Counted from the first letter of the stretch, positions 10,898 through 20,955 are shown. The stretch: DNA of 64,000 bases from Candidatus Altimarinota bacterium (GCA_041242255.1 JBESAV010000001.1:544001-608000); one strand, 5' to 3'. A program made the numbers and translations. Notes: generated by a model not told the origin, from the letters alone.

Positions 10898-12328
10898 CTA
10901 CAGTTCAATTATTTCAACATCATTTCTTTTTATAAAGCCTCTTAATAACTTATATTTATCCAAATCAAAGTTCTCAGACTTAGCTTCATTCAAAGCCTCA
11001 TTCATTTCATCCATACCTTGAAATGTCCCTATCAAACACCAGTTGTTGACAAGATGTAGTTCCATTGTTCCTGTTTCCTGGTTGAATTCTTTTATAACGA
11101 TAGGGGAGCCAAAAGGCCATTTTTCATACTTCTCCCTCTCTAAAGCCGCTCTCAAAAGTAGATTATGTTTTTCTATCAACTTCTCTCTCTTTTTCTCATC
11201 CATTTCCATATCACAAACACCTATACATTTTCCGAGCTCATAATTAAAGCATGGCTGCTCATCTTTATACACATTCTCTAATCCCAAAGTTTTTCTACAC
11301 AATTTGTATTCTTTCACAATCGACTCAAGAAATCCTTCTACCTCTGCTTTACCTCTGAAAGGCCCATATGAACTCTCTAGGTCATCATAACTAGGATTGA
11401 CCAGCTTTCTGTAGTTAACTGTCAGCAGCCCACTCATCAAATCTTTTTGCGTAAGATCTAATAAATACAAAACTTTATTTTTTCTCAAGCGTTTATTGTA
11501 AATCGGCAAATGTTGCTTAACCATATCACTTTCATACAGTAAGGCCGAAAGTTCTCCAGGCTTTTTCACAAAATCAATCTTCCTGATCTGATTTACCATT
11601 CTAGATTTTCGAAAGGAATTATAACTTTCCGTAAAATGACTCAACACTCTTTCCCGAATATTTCTACTTTTTCCAATATAAATAGGCCTCTCCTCATCGT
11701 CTCCGTAGAAGAAATACACCCCTGTGCTCTCTGGTAGTTTATCAAACTGTTCTTGTTGCAATTTAGAAGGAATTCTTACATTCCCTTTTTGAGCAGAAAT
11801 CGCCTCATTAATGCGCTCAATATCAAACTCATCGTGAATTTTATCCCAGAACTGATAAAGCAAATCTGCATCACCCATCGCTCTGTGTCGATCTGTTACA
11901 GGCTCAAGCTCCAGTCTATTCATTACCGCATCTAAATTGTGTTTTCTGAAATCTGTGTAAAGTTTACGAGAAAGTTTCACAGTACATAATCTTCTTGATT
12001 TAAATTCTTTACCAATTCTTTTAAACTCATTCCTCAAGAAATTATAGTCAAAACTAACGTTGTGAGCCACAAACACATAACCCTCCAACCTTTCCAATAT
12101 TTCATCAGCCACCTCTTCAAAAATTGGCTTATCCAAAAGCATCTCTTCGTTAATTCCAGTAAATTTTCTAATAAATGAAGGAATCGGCATCCCAGGATTA
12201 ACAAGTGTAGACCAACGATCAACGAGTTGATTTGACTCAACTCGAACAATAGCAACCTCAATCACCCTGTTTTTTACAGGGTTTGAACCAGTTGTCTCAA
12301 TATCTACAAATGCAAATCTTTGGTCCAT
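10898..12328 (-). CDS. DEDDh (DnaQ/epsilon-like) exonuclease fused to GIY-YIG UvrC/Cho-like nuclease
   Basis: VDIETTG, AHNVSFD, HRAMGDA followed by GVYFF..IYIGKS.NIRERVLSHF. Confidence 0.9.
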   Translation of the reverse strand: MDQRFAFVDIETTGSNPVKNRVIEVAIVRVESNQLVDRWSTLVNPGMPIPSFIRKFTGINEEMLLDKPIFEEVADEILERLEGYVFVAHNVSFDYNFLRNEFKRIGKEFKSRRLCTVKLSRKLYTDFRKHNLDAVMNRLELEPVTDRHRAMGDADLLYQFWDKIHDEFDIERINEAISAQKGNVRIPSKLQQEQFDKLPESTGVYFFYGDDEERPIYIGKSRNIRERVLSHFTESYNSFRKSRMVNQIRKIDFVKKPGELSALLYESDMVKQHLPIYNKRLRKNKVLYLLDLTQKDLMSGLLTVNYRKLVNPSYDDLESSYGPFRGKAEVEGFLESIVKEYKLCRKTLGLENVYKDEQPCFNYELGKCIGVCDMEMDEKKREKLIEKHNLLLRAALEREKYEKWPFGSPIVIKEFNQETGTMELHLVNNWCLIGTFQGMDEMNEALNEAKSENFDLDKYKLLRGFIKRNDVEIIEL

Positions 12329-12390
12329 TCTAAGAGGTTAGTCAGCCTTAAGATACCTTTAAAACTTTAAAAAAGACAGTAAAAACTTTT

Positions 12391-12840
12391 TTAGGCAATA
12401 TCTTTTAATATATCTTCAGCGTGAGTAGCAGTATTTACTTTCGGATATACTTTTTCAATCAATCCTTTCTCATCAATCACATAAGTAATTCTTTTTACAA
12501 ATCTTTTGCCAGCATCATTCGGTTCTTTCAAAGCTTCATAATCTTCAATCACAATCTGTTCAGGATCAGACAACAACGTAAATGGAAGCTCATACTTTGA
12601 TTTAAAATTCAAATGACTCTTTTGACCATCTTTGCTTACACCAAAAACCTTAATTCCAAATTTCTCTAAATCAGAGAAATTATCCCTAAAACTACAAGCT
12701 TCTTTAGTACAACCAGGTGTATTGTCTTTAGGATAAAAATAAAGCACCACCTTCTGCCCCTTGTAGTCTGACAACTTATGAATTGTTCCATTTTCATCAA
12801 CAAGATCAAAGTCCGGCGCCAAAGTTCCAACTTTCAACAT
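12391..12840 (-). CDS. bcp: peroxiredoxin Bcp
   Basis: YFYPKDNTPGCTKEAC motif. Confidence 0.95.
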   Translation of the reverse strand: MLKVGTLAPDFDLVDENGTIHKLSDYKGQKVVLYFYPKDNTPGCTKEACSFRDNFSDLEKFGIKVFGVSKDGQKSHLNFKSKYELPFTLLSDPEQIVIEDYEALKEPNDAGKRFVKRITYVIDEKGLIEKVYPKVNTATHAEDILKDIA

Positions 12841-12896
12841 ATTTATAATTCTATTAAACTAACGATACTATTATACAAGATATATCATCCTCATAA

Positions 12897-13613
12897 ATGC
12901 CAAAACCAATCAAACTTAGTCGTACCAGTGTCCAGCTTTTCCTTGAATGTCCAAAATGTTTTTACAAAAAGATAGTTCATAAAGTTTCCAGACCAAACCC
13001 AGCTAGATATTCTCTAAATCTAGAAATAGACAAGCTTCTCAAGCAGGAATTTGATCACTACCGCCACCAAAAAAAGCAACACCCCATCCAAAAAAAACAC
13101 AATCTACCTCACTTCCCTGCTCTCAATACTAACTTAAACAAGTGGCGCCACAATTTCACTGGTGCTCAGCACCAGTACAAAAACCTTCTTTTGTACGGGA
13201 GCTTAGACGACTTGTGGTTTAACCCAGCGACAGGGGAGCACAGCATTGTTGACTACAAAGCTACTAGCTCACACTATCAGCCCAGCCAAACCAGATTAGA
13301 TTCATACAATACCCAGCTATCATTCTATAGCTGGCTACTTCAACACAACGGATTAAAAATGTCTGATACCAATTACATTCTCTTATGCAACGCCTACCAA
13401 GCTTCTCCTGATACGCACTTAGAGGGATCTCTTAGCCTTCAGCAAGATCTTATCCAAATTCCTAATCAACCCCATTGGATAACTGATACTCTCGAGCAAA
13501 TCATCCAAACCCTTACAAACCTAGAATCACCCAGCTCAAACCCTGAGTGTCTCTATTGCTCCTACCTTGAAAAATCAAACAATCTTAACAAAGCTGTCAC
13601 TTTGCCTTTTTAA
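12897..13613 (+). CDS. PD-(D/E)XK nuclease family protein (RecB/Cas4-like, Cys cluster)
   Basis: LSRTSVQLFLECPKCFY, GSLDDLW, IVDYKAT, C-terminal CLYC. Confidence 0.85.
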   Translation: MPKPIKLSRTSVQLFLECPKCFYKKIVHKVSRPNPARYSLNLEIDKLLKQEFDHYRHQKKQHPIQKKHNLPHFPALNTNLNKWRHNFTGAQHQYKNLLLYGSLDDLWFNPATGEHSIVDYKATSSHYQPSQTRLDSYNTQLSFYSWLLQHNGLKMSDTNYILLCNAYQASPDTHLEGSLSLQQDLIQIPNQPHWITDTLEQIIQTLTNLESPSSNPECLYCSYLEKSNNLNKAVTLPF

Positions 13614-13691
13614 TAAGCCCTTGATCAAACTTCTAAATCATATATCATACTTCCATCTTAACGTATGCACACACGTTAAGTTGAATAAACA

Positions 13692-13718
13692 ACCCTCCAA
13701 AACTTAGTTTTGGAGGGT
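13692..13718. terminator. strong bidirectional hairpin
   Basis: accctccaaaac-tta-gttttggagggt, a perfect 12-bp stem. Confidence 0.75.
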
Positions 13719-13720
13719 GT

Positions 13721-14473
13721 TTAGCTATCCAACTTAGAAAAAAGAACGTTGAATATATTCTTATGAAAATTTGCTAGCTTTTCTGATTTTACCTTTATTG
13801 CCATCCTATCTTTCCAAGATACAAATAATATGTTGTCATCATAGATAGTTGTTTCTGTATCAAAGGAATATTTAGAATCTATAAATCTAATCTCTCTTTG
13901 CTCATGCGCATCAAGCTCAGAGCGATTAATAGACTCTAAATTACTTGGGCAAATCGTTTTTAAAAAGATCCCCTTTTCTTTTCTAACTTTATAGTAACTT
14001 GGTAGTTTTTTAATAAAACTATCTCGCATTTCTTTGATATTTACATATGAGTATATGGTCTTATCTTTACAGTTTAATGTATCTATATATGCTTCAATAA
14101 TTGATCTCTCTCCTTCGTAATACTTAATTAATGGTTGCGATTTCTTTTTATCTTTATTTAAAAACTTTTTTTTATATTTTCTATTTAGGTCTCTTGCTAT
14201 CTTTAATTTTAACTCTTGTTTTCTTTTTTCTTCCATGAGAATTTTTACTACTCTATCAGGACTTTCAGGAATAAAAACATTCACCCCATCCTTGAGTGTT
14301 TTACTTACTAGGCCTTTTTCTACTAAAGCAGCAACATATGAATAACATGAGCTTCTAACTAGCTTTGTTTCAATTGCAATCTCAGAAGCTGTCATAGGTC
14401 CAACTTCAAGAAGCCTTTTATATATTAAAGAACTTTCTTTACCTAAGTTTATTAAATTAAGAAATTCATACAT
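13721..14473 (-). CDS. TrmB-family transcriptional regulator
   Basis: N-terminal wHTH (TASEIA..TKLVRSSCY...LVEKGLV); IKYYEG; PLD-like effector C-terminus (IYDDNILFVS). Confidence 0.9.
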   Translation of the reverse strand: MYEFLNLINLGKESSLIYKRLLEVGPMTASEIAIETKLVRSSCYSYVAALVEKGLVSKTLKDGVNVFIPESPDRVVKILMEEKRKQELKLKIARDLNRKYKKKFLNKDKKKSQPLIKYYEGERSIIEAYIDTLNCKDKTIYSYVNIKEMRDSFIKKLPSYYKVRKEKGIFLKTICPSNLESINRSELDAHEQREIRFIDSKYSFDTETTIYDDNILFVSWKDRMAIKVKSEKLANFHKNIFNVLFSKLDS

Positions 14474-15228
14474 TATTCATTCAAATCTGAACTGATAACA
14501 CAATGTCCTTCCATAAAATCTGAGAAGTTACTAGGTTGAATTGAGTTAAAATAAATCCTTATAATATCAAAGTCTTCAGTGTCATTATTTAATAGTTCTT
14601 TACGAAGAGTACTATCAGAAAACATACTTACCGCTGATTCTATAGCATCCATACAAAAGCTAGGCATAAAACCTATAAATTGTGTGTACTCTCTACTAAT
14701 TATATCTAACATCATAAGTACTTCTGTTGCACAAACTGGGTTAGAGTGTATCTCTCTATCGATCTGAAGCAATTCGTAATTATCATGACCTTTTACCTTT
14801 CTTCTAGCAGAGTTGAATTGATTTTGAAGATATTTTTCACTAATTAACCCTAGATTATTATTATGTCCATGTGTCCCATATCCGGACATTAGCTTATCTT
14901 TTGGTATATTAAAAAATGATTGTTTGGTTGCATTAAACCAAAACTTTTCTCTTACTGACGTCCCTTTATTTCCATTCGATCTTAGTTTTGACCAATCGTT
15001 AACCATTGTAAAAGCATAAGTGTTTTCTGGGTTTGCGCTCATTACAGATTCAACCATTAATTTAGTATATTGCGTAAATACTCCCATAATTGTATTGTCG
15101 CAATTCCCATCTGCATCAAGAATAAAGTGACCACCCATTAAGGCTGTTTTCTCATCTTCAGATATCATCTCATAAGTTTCTAAAACAACATCATTCATAC
15201 CGGTCAGAATATCATTACCTGGCTTCAT
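14473..15228 (-). CDS. hypothetical protein, possible enzyme (GGHF / VNDW / SEKYLQN / PVC motifs)
   Basis: 251 aa; its stop overlaps the TrmB start by 1 bp. Confidence 0.6.
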   Translation of the reverse strand: MKPGNDILTGMNDVVLETYEMISEDEKTALMGGHFILDADGNCDNTIMGVFTQYTKLMVESVMSANPENTYAFTMVNDWSKLRSNGNKGTSVREKFWFNATKQSFFNIPKDKLMSGYGTHGHNNNLGLISEKYLQNQFNSARRKVKGHDNYELLQIDREIHSNPVCATEVLMMLDIISREYTQFIGFMPSFCMDAIESAVSMFSDSTLRKELLNNDTEDFDIIRIYFNSIQPSNFSDFMEGHCVISSDLNE

Positions 15229-15297
15229 TATTTGTATTGTTTATAATTTGATTAAATGTAAAATATATATATTAGACTATAAAGTCAATTTTTATAA

Positions 15298-16059
15298 ATG
15301 GAATTTAAAGATTTAGGTACACTTTTTACAAAACTAGATCTCAGTAAGAATGAAACAGATATTTTTATTAAGTACTATGAGTATGGATTACAGCAACCCA
15401 GTGTCATTGCTAGAAAAATTGGTATGAATAGAGTAACAGTCTATCACGCATGTGAGAGATTGCACAAAAAAGGTTTTTTAAACAAGGTACCCGGAAGTCA
15501 TGCTGTTAAATACTCCCCAAAGAGTCTGGTAGAAATTAAAGAGGTTTTTTTAGATGAAAAGATTGACAAGGATAAAGAAATTAATGAGAAACTCCAAGTT
15601 GTTGATCAGATTAGTCAACAAATATCTAGTTTAGCATCAAAAGATTATAAAAAACCATACACAAAAGTGTTTCAGGGTGAAAATGCGTTAAAAGAAATTT
15701 ATAAGCTATCATTAGAGGGGGATGAGATTCTTGCTTATTTTAACCCATGGAAGGCCAATAGTCCTCATGCTGAAGTTGATGAATGGCACACCAAGGAAAG
15801 AAAAAAACTTAAGATTGCATTAAAGTTAATAGTCCCCAGTATAACAGATCAAAGTATAATTGATCTCAAAGTTTCAGAGTCATTAACGCAAGTTAAGGTT
15901 ATAGAAGAAGAAAATTTTGATTTCGAGGATTTTACCATAATAACAAATACAAGACTTTTAATATACTCTTCATCAGACTCATTAGGAGTAGCAATTGAAA
16001 GTAAAAGAATTGCAAATAATCAACGAGCATTATTTAAACTAATATGGAAATCACTTTAA
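15298..16059 (+). CDS. TrmB-family transcriptional regulator (divergent second copy)
   Basis: wHTH (SVIARKIGMNRVTVYHACERLHKKGF); KVFQG; AIESKRIA..QRALFKLIW. Confidence 0.9.
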   Translation: MEFKDLGTLFTKLDLSKNETDIFIKYYEYGLQQPSVIARKIGMNRVTVYHACERLHKKGFLNKVPGSHAVKYSPKSLVEIKEVFLDEKIDKDKEINEKLQVVDQISQQISSLASKDYKKPYTKVFQGENALKEIYKLSLEGDEILAYFNPWKANSPHAEVDEWHTKERKKLKIALKLIVPSITDQSIIDLKVSESLTQVKVIEEENFDFEDFTIITNTRLLIYSSSDSLGVAIESKRIANNQRALFKLIWKSL

Positions 16060-16090
16060 ATGTATTGTTGAAGTATCATCAACACCCCTA

Positions 16091-16114
16091 TTTTACCTTT
16101 AATTAAAGGTAAAA
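16091..16114. repeat. perfect 24-bp palindrome
   Basis: ttttacctttaattaaaggtaaaa equals its own reverse complement. Confidence 0.8.
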
Positions 16115-16145
16115 GGAAGCTTATTTTGTCAACTGTTGGTCTTCA

Positions 16146-16173
16146 TTGACTGTTTTAAACAATGCTTTACAAT
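16146..16173 (+). promoter_or_regulatory. promoter TTGACT-16-TACAAT
   Basis: Overlaps the computed ATG at 16162, so the true start is more likely 16216. Confidence 0.55.
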
Positions 16174-16215
16174 TTTGTTGTTTATTCAACAATTACAAAT
16201 TTAACTTGTGTGCAT

Positions 16216-17283
16216 ATGTCAATTAAGACTTTAGTGAAATTTCTATCTAAGGAAAAAATCAAACAAGAACTTGATCAACTCCTTAGTTATTTAACGAAAA
16301 AAGAGAAAGAAGTAGTCATCAAAAGGTACGGAATCAATGGTGAAGAGATAACAACCTTAGCTGCAATCGGTGACAAAATGTCCCTGACTAGAGAGAGAAT
16401 TAGACAGATTCAAGTCCAAGCAATTAAAAAACTTCAAAGAGCTGTCAAATCTTCTGATATTCTTCTTTTAAATGAACAAATAAGTGATTTCATTGAAGCT
16501 TCTGGAGGAATAGTAAATGAAGAAGATTTATTCAAGTACGTTGATGAGATTTTCCCAGATGACCTTTCAAGCATCAAAAACGAAATTCTACTAATAACAG
16601 AATTTGATAAAGACATAAGACACGAGCATAACAAAGTTGATTTTCGACCCCATTTTAGATCAAAAAAGATAAAGTTCAGACAGATAAAAGAAACTAGCTA
16701 TTTGGCAATAAAAGCTCTAAAAGCAGAAAAAAACGTAATTTCAAAAGATGAGTTGTGTCAGCATATTCAAGATAAATACTCTGATACCTATGACCTTAAT
16801 GACAACCAAACCATAATAGCTTCATTGAAGTTAGACAGAAGGCTTAGAGATCATGGTGATTGCTTTAGTTTATTAGCATGGCGACACGTAAACCCAAGAA
16901 CTCTATTTGATAAAATAGTGTTTGTCTTAAACGAAAAAAATAAGCCAATGCATTTCCGTGATATTGCCGATGCTATGGTTCAAAAATCTCTAAGAAAAAA
17001 GAACTCATCCATCCAAGCTATCCATAATGAATTAATTGGTAACTCAATGTTTGTCCTAATCGGAAGAGGAACTTACGCTCTCAAAGACTGGGGATACAAA
17101 GAAGGAACAGTTTCTGAAGTAATCGAAAGCATTCTTGCCGAAGAAGGACCATTGTCACTTAATGACCTAACAGAAAAAGTCCTTCAAAGAAGAAAAGTTA
17201 AAGAGGTTACAGTTCAAGTAAACTTAAACTCAAAAAAAGAAATCTTCAAAAAGAATTCTGACGGCCACTACGAGTTAGCATAA
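16216..17283 (+). CDS. sigma70 region-4 HTH + HARE-HTH (RNAP delta-like) protein, copy 1
   Basis: TLAAIGDKMSLTRERIRQI; PMHFRDIA; AIHNELI..FVLIGRGTYALKDWGY. Start moved to MSIKTL. Confidence 0.85.
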   Translation: MSIKTLVKFLSKEKIKQELDQLLSYLTKKEKEVVIKRYGINGEEITTLAAIGDKMSLTRERIRQIQVQAIKKLQRAVKSSDILLLNEQISDFIEASGGIVNEEDLFKYVDEIFPDDLSSIKNEILLITEFDKDIRHEHNKVDFRPHFRSKKIKFRQIKETSYLAIKALKAEKNVISKDELCQHIQDKYSDTYDLNDNQTIIASLKLDRRLRDHGDCFSLLAWRHVNPRTLFDKIVFVLNEKNKPMHFRDIADAMVQKSLRKKNSSIQAIHNELIGNSMFVLIGRGTYALKDWGYKEGTVSEVIESILAEEGPLSLNDLTEKVLQRRKVKEVTVQVNLNSKKEIFKKNSDGHYELA

Positions 17284-17295
17284 ATAGAAAACATA

Positions 17296-17320
17296 AGCCT
17301 CATTCACTTGAGGCTTTTTT
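17296..17320 (+). terminator. rho-independent terminator
   Basis: aagcctca-ttcact-tgaggctt followed by a U-tract. Confidence 0.8.
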
Positions 17321-17374
17321 AATTTATTGAAATTATTAATTTTGTTATAATCAAACCAAATTCACCACAATAAT

Positions 17375-17740
17375 TTGGTTTATAAAAGATTCAAAAAGAG
17401 TTTAATAACTGCTTTAGTTCTTACGCTAGTTGCAACTTTCAACTGCTGTTTACCAAAGACACTAGCCTACCACGAGAATCCATCACACAGTGTAAGTGAG
17501 TCTGAGGCCTGTCCTGTATCAGAAAAACCAGATTTAGATGCTATACAATCATCAACTTTAAGCTCAACTGAAAAAGAAAAAGTTGCACTTCAAGATTTCT
17601 GCAAAAATAAGCTAGAAAGGTCACTCGCATTTCCTCTTAAAGTTCAAGCCACACAATACCACAAGACAGTAGCCCCTACTATTAAAGTAATTCTATGGGG
17701 TTCAAACTCATCTCAATCCTCCAATGTGTACAGATTGTGA
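17375..17740 (+). CDS. small exported/leader protein preceding copper cluster
   Basis: Signal-like N-terminus, CC pair, His; ends VYRL with a hairpin over the stop codon. Confidence 0.5.
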   Translation: MVYKRFKKSLITALVLTLVATFNCCLPKTLAYHENPSHSVSESEACPVSEKPDLDAIQSSTLSSTEKEKVALQDFCKNKLERSLAFPLKVQATQYHKTVAPTIKVILWGSNSSQSSNVYRL

Positions 17741-17780
17741 TATCTCCTTTTTAAAAAGAAATATCACTTAATTACAGCAA

Positions 17781-19367
17781 ATGAAATACATACAAATTTT
17801 ATTTGTATCAATTCTTTTAGTGGGATGTGCATCCACAGCAGCCCAAGATTTACCAGAGTATTCAAATCAAACAAAAAGAATTGTATTACAAGACGGCGAC
17901 ACAATTGATCTAGTTGCAGACGAGGTAGAGATGAAAGTTAAAGATACACCATCCAAAATGCTAGCATACAATGGCACAATTCCTGGTCCAGTTATAACTG
18001 TAAAACAGGGAAGTACCATAAATCTAAACTTCATAAACAACCTAGAGGTTGACTCCTCTCTTCATTCACATGGGCTCAGGCTTAGAAATAAGTATGATGG
18101 AGTCCCAGGAGTGACCCAGGACGAAGTAAAGCCAGGCGAGACCTTTCGATATGAATTAGACTTCCCAGATGCTGGAGTATATTTTTACCATCCACATACA
18201 AGAGAAGACGTCCAACAAGATGCTGGACTATACGGGGCATTTCTGGTCCTTCCTTCTGAAAATGAATCAAATGAATTTGGTGTAAATCTTCAGGAGAATC
18301 ATCAGATAATTTTCCTCGATGATATTGAAGTAAGTTATAAAAACCAGATCATTAGGCAGGAATCTAAACCATACAAAACTTTAATGGGAAATTATGGTAA
18401 TCGCATGTTTATAAATGGAAAGTTAGACTCACCCGTAAACTTGCAGCCTTCAAACCTAAATTCAGAACAGATTTTAACCTTTGTAAACTCAGCAAACGCA
18501 AGACCGTATAAACTAAAGTCATCCTCAGGAATTCAAATGACACTCCTATCAGATGACGCAAGTGCCTATCAAAATGAGGAATTCATCCAGGAATTGGTCG
18601 TAGCCCCATCAGAAAGATACACTGTTCGTTTAAAATACATTCAGGAAGGACCTCAACAGATTTTCTCAGAAACTCCTAATAACTCTTTCCCAATAGCAAA
18701 AGTAGATGTATTGGGGCAATCTTTAGGGTCTACAAACACTGAACCAACTAATTTTACAGGTTTACAAATAGATCAATCACTAGTTAGTCAGTTCCAAACC
18801 ATGCCAATTAGCAAAACTTTAAGTCTCGATATGCTAATGGATACAAAATCAATGCGATCTGGAGGTATGTGGGAGATGCCATGCCACCAAATGCCAGATG
18901 GATCATGGATGGGAGACTGCGACGAGTCACTTCTAGAAAACTTATCAGCTGATCACCACCCAGATGGGATAGAATGGGAAGATGGTATGCGTGATATGAA
19001 TTCTAAATCAGGCCTACATAATGTATGGTGGGATTTAGTCGACAAAGACACAGGCCTTACAAATATGGATATTGAGTGGAATTTCCAAAAAGATGAGGTG
19101 GTAAAAATCCGTATAGAAAACAAAGCTGATTCAGCCCATCCAATGCAACACCCTATTCATCTTCATGGTCAAAGGTTTCTAGTTCTAAGCAAAGACAACC
19201 AACCTCAGACAAACCTGGCCTGGAACGATACAGTACTCGTACCAGCAGGAAGCACCTATGATATAGTTGTGGAGATGAGTAATCCAGGTACATGGATGAT
19301 CCATTGCCATATTCCAGAACACATGGAAGCTGGAATGATGATGACATTTGAAGTTCAAGAAAATTAA
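17781..19367 (+). CDS. multicopper oxidase lipoprotein
   Basis: Lipobox LVGC; copper ligand motifs HSHG, YHPH, HPIHLHG, HCHIPEHMEAGM; Met-rich insert. Confidence 0.95.
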   Translation: MKYIQILFVSILLVGCASTAAQDLPEYSNQTKRIVLQDGDTIDLVADEVEMKVKDTPSKMLAYNGTIPGPVITVKQGSTINLNFINNLEVDSSLHSHGLRLRNKYDGVPGVTQDEVKPGETFRYELDFPDAGVYFYHPHTREDVQQDAGLYGAFLVLPSENESNEFGVNLQENHQIIFLDDIEVSYKNQIIRQESKPYKTLMGNYGNRMFINGKLDSPVNLQPSNLNSEQILTFVNSANARPYKLKSSSGIQMTLLSDDASAYQNEEFIQELVVAPSERYTVRLKYIQEGPQQIFSETPNNSFPIAKVDVLGQSLGSTNTEPTNFTGLQIDQSLVSQFQTMPISKTLSLDMLMDTKSMRSGGMWEMPCHQMPDGSWMGDCDESLLENLSADHHPDGIEWEDGMRDMNSKSGLHNVWWDLVDKDTGLTNMDIEWNFQKDEVVKIRIENKADSAHPMQHPIHLHGQRFLVLSKDNQPQTNLAWNDTVLVPAGSTYDIVVEMSNPGTWMIHCHIPEHMEAGMMMTFEVQEN

Positions 19368-19378
19368 CCCACCAAACT

Positions 19379-20113
19379 ATGAAACACACATATAAAATCA
19401 ACGGAGCAACTTGCCAAAGCTGTGGAGAAAAAGTCTCAAAAGTTCTTACTCAGATTGATGGGATTTCCAAAGCAGATTCACCAGAAACAGGAATAGTTAT
19501 AGTAGAAATGACTAAGCATATCACTACAAAAGATATGAACAAAGCCTTGAAAGACTCTGGTCATGGTAAGTACTCACTTGAGATGACCCAGCACGAGCAG
19601 ACCTCCAGTCCAGACAACACAGATCAAGCCAAGTCATGGAAAGACTACTGGCCACTTATTCTAGTGTTAGGTTATGTACTCTTAGGAACAACCCTGGGTA
19701 TGTATCTCACAACAGATTGGTCACTAATGATGGGAATGAGGCTATTCATGGGACTGTTTTTCCTAGCTTTCTCATTCTTCAAGATTTTAGACATTCCCGG
19801 TTTTGCAATGAGCTACATGTCTTACGACATAGTCGCAGCTAAGTGGATGAAGTGGGGTTATATTTATCCATTCTTTGAGTTAGCCTTCGGAATAGGTTAC
19901 CTAGTTGGATGGCAACTTTTATACCTCAACATAATAGTTGCTATAGTCATGGCCATAAGCTTAGTCGGAGTAGTTAAATCAGTCCTAAACAAAAAACAAA
20001 TCCAATGCGCCTGCCTCGGAACAGGATTCGATCTTCCAATGAGCACAGTAACAATAGTTGAAGACGGAGCCATGGTCCTTATGGCGATTTGGATGATACT
20101 TAACCTAATATAA
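19379..20113 (+). CDS. heavy-metal-associated (HMA) domain + MauE/DoxX membrane protein
   Basis: GATCQSC N-terminus; YPFFEL and IQCACLGT motifs; TM helices. Confidence 0.88.
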   Translation: MKHTYKINGATCQSCGEKVSKVLTQIDGISKADSPETGIVIVEMTKHITTKDMNKALKDSGHGKYSLEMTQHEQTSSPDNTDQAKSWKDYWPLILVLGYVLLGTTLGMYLTTDWSLMMGMRLFMGLFFLAFSFFKILDIPGFAMSYMSYDIVAAKWMKWGYIYPFFELAFGIGYLVGWQLLYLNIIVAIVMAISLVGVVKSVLNKKQIQCACLGTGFDLPMSTVTIVEDGAMVLMAIWMILNLI

Positions 20114-20115
20114 AA

Positions 20116-20628
20116 ATGAAAAAACTAATCTTACCACTAATTTTAATAGCAATCGTAATTGGAATACCATTCCTAACAATGCAAGAGAGTAAACTTCCTC
20201 CTGAAGTCCTCGAAGCAAATGCTGAAGTTAAAGTTCCAATAATGGAAAATAGCGGACATCAGTCTGATGTAAGCGGTATTCAATATAATTCTAACCCACC
20301 TACTTCTGGGCCACATTTTGCTGATTGGCACACAGAATGGACCTTTTATGAAGAAGAGCAGCCAATGGGTGGTTTAATTCACAATATGGAACATGGAGGA
20401 ATTGTTCTATTCTACGACCCAAGTATTTCAGATGAACAAAAGCAACTTTTATCAGATTACGTAGATGATACTTTTAAGATAATAGCCTCGCCTTACGAGA
20501 GACTTGAGGCTCCAATAGTTTTGGCAGCTTGGGGTGTCTATGAAGAGTTTGATGCCTTTGACTCAGATAGATTTGAGAGATTCTATAGGTTCAATCTAAA
20601 TAATGCCCCAGAAAACGTTTACCCTTAA
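20116..20628 (+). CDS. DUF3105 family protein
   Basis: YNSNPPTSGPH, LIHNMEHGGIVLFY, IVLAAWG. Confidence 0.85.
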   Translation: MKKLILPLILIAIVIGIPFLTMQESKLPPEVLEANAEVKVPIMENSGHQSDVSGIQYNSNPPTSGPHFADWHTEWTFYEEEQPMGGLIHNMEHGGIVLFYDPSISDEQKQLLSDYVDDTFKIIASPYERLEAPIVLAAWGVYEEFDAFDSDRFERFYRFNLNNAPENVYP

Positions 20629-20631
20629 GCC

Positions 20632-20955
20632 ATGAACTGGTTCTTCCCAATCCATTATTTCCTACACTTAATTTTCCCTGGAGTAGTTGCATACGCAGCT
20701 ACTCCTAAGCTTCCTCATAAATGGTGGAAAGTTTACATGGTTTTACTAGCAACAATGATCATCGACTTAGACCATCTCCTAGCGACACCAATCTTCGATC
20801 CAAATAGGTGCAGTATAGGTTTCCACCCACTTCATAGCCCAATAGCCATCGGAGTTTATGTCCTGATGATTTTCATCCCAAACTTCTGGGTTAGGGTAAT
20901 TGCCACAGGACTAATCTGGCATATTTTAGTCGACTTATTAGACTGCATGATATAA
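20632..20955 (+). CDS. DUF6122-like small membrane protein
   Basis: IDLDHLLATPIFDPNRCSIGFHPLHS. Confidence 0.75.
   Translation: MNWFFPIHYFLHLIFPGVVAYAATPKLPHKWWKVYMVLLATMIIDLDHLLATPIFDPNRCSIGFHPLHSPIAIGVYVLMIFIPNFWVRVIATGLIWHILVDLLDCMI

Noticed and set aside
13158-13169. ACTGGTGCTCAG identical to the 30619 junction
   Set aside because: Lies inside an intact coding sequence and is probably a chance match.
12897-13613. Cas4 / CRISPR system
   Set aside because: No cas1, cas2 or repeat-spacer array was seen in the window; it is a stand-alone PD-(D/E)XK nuclease.
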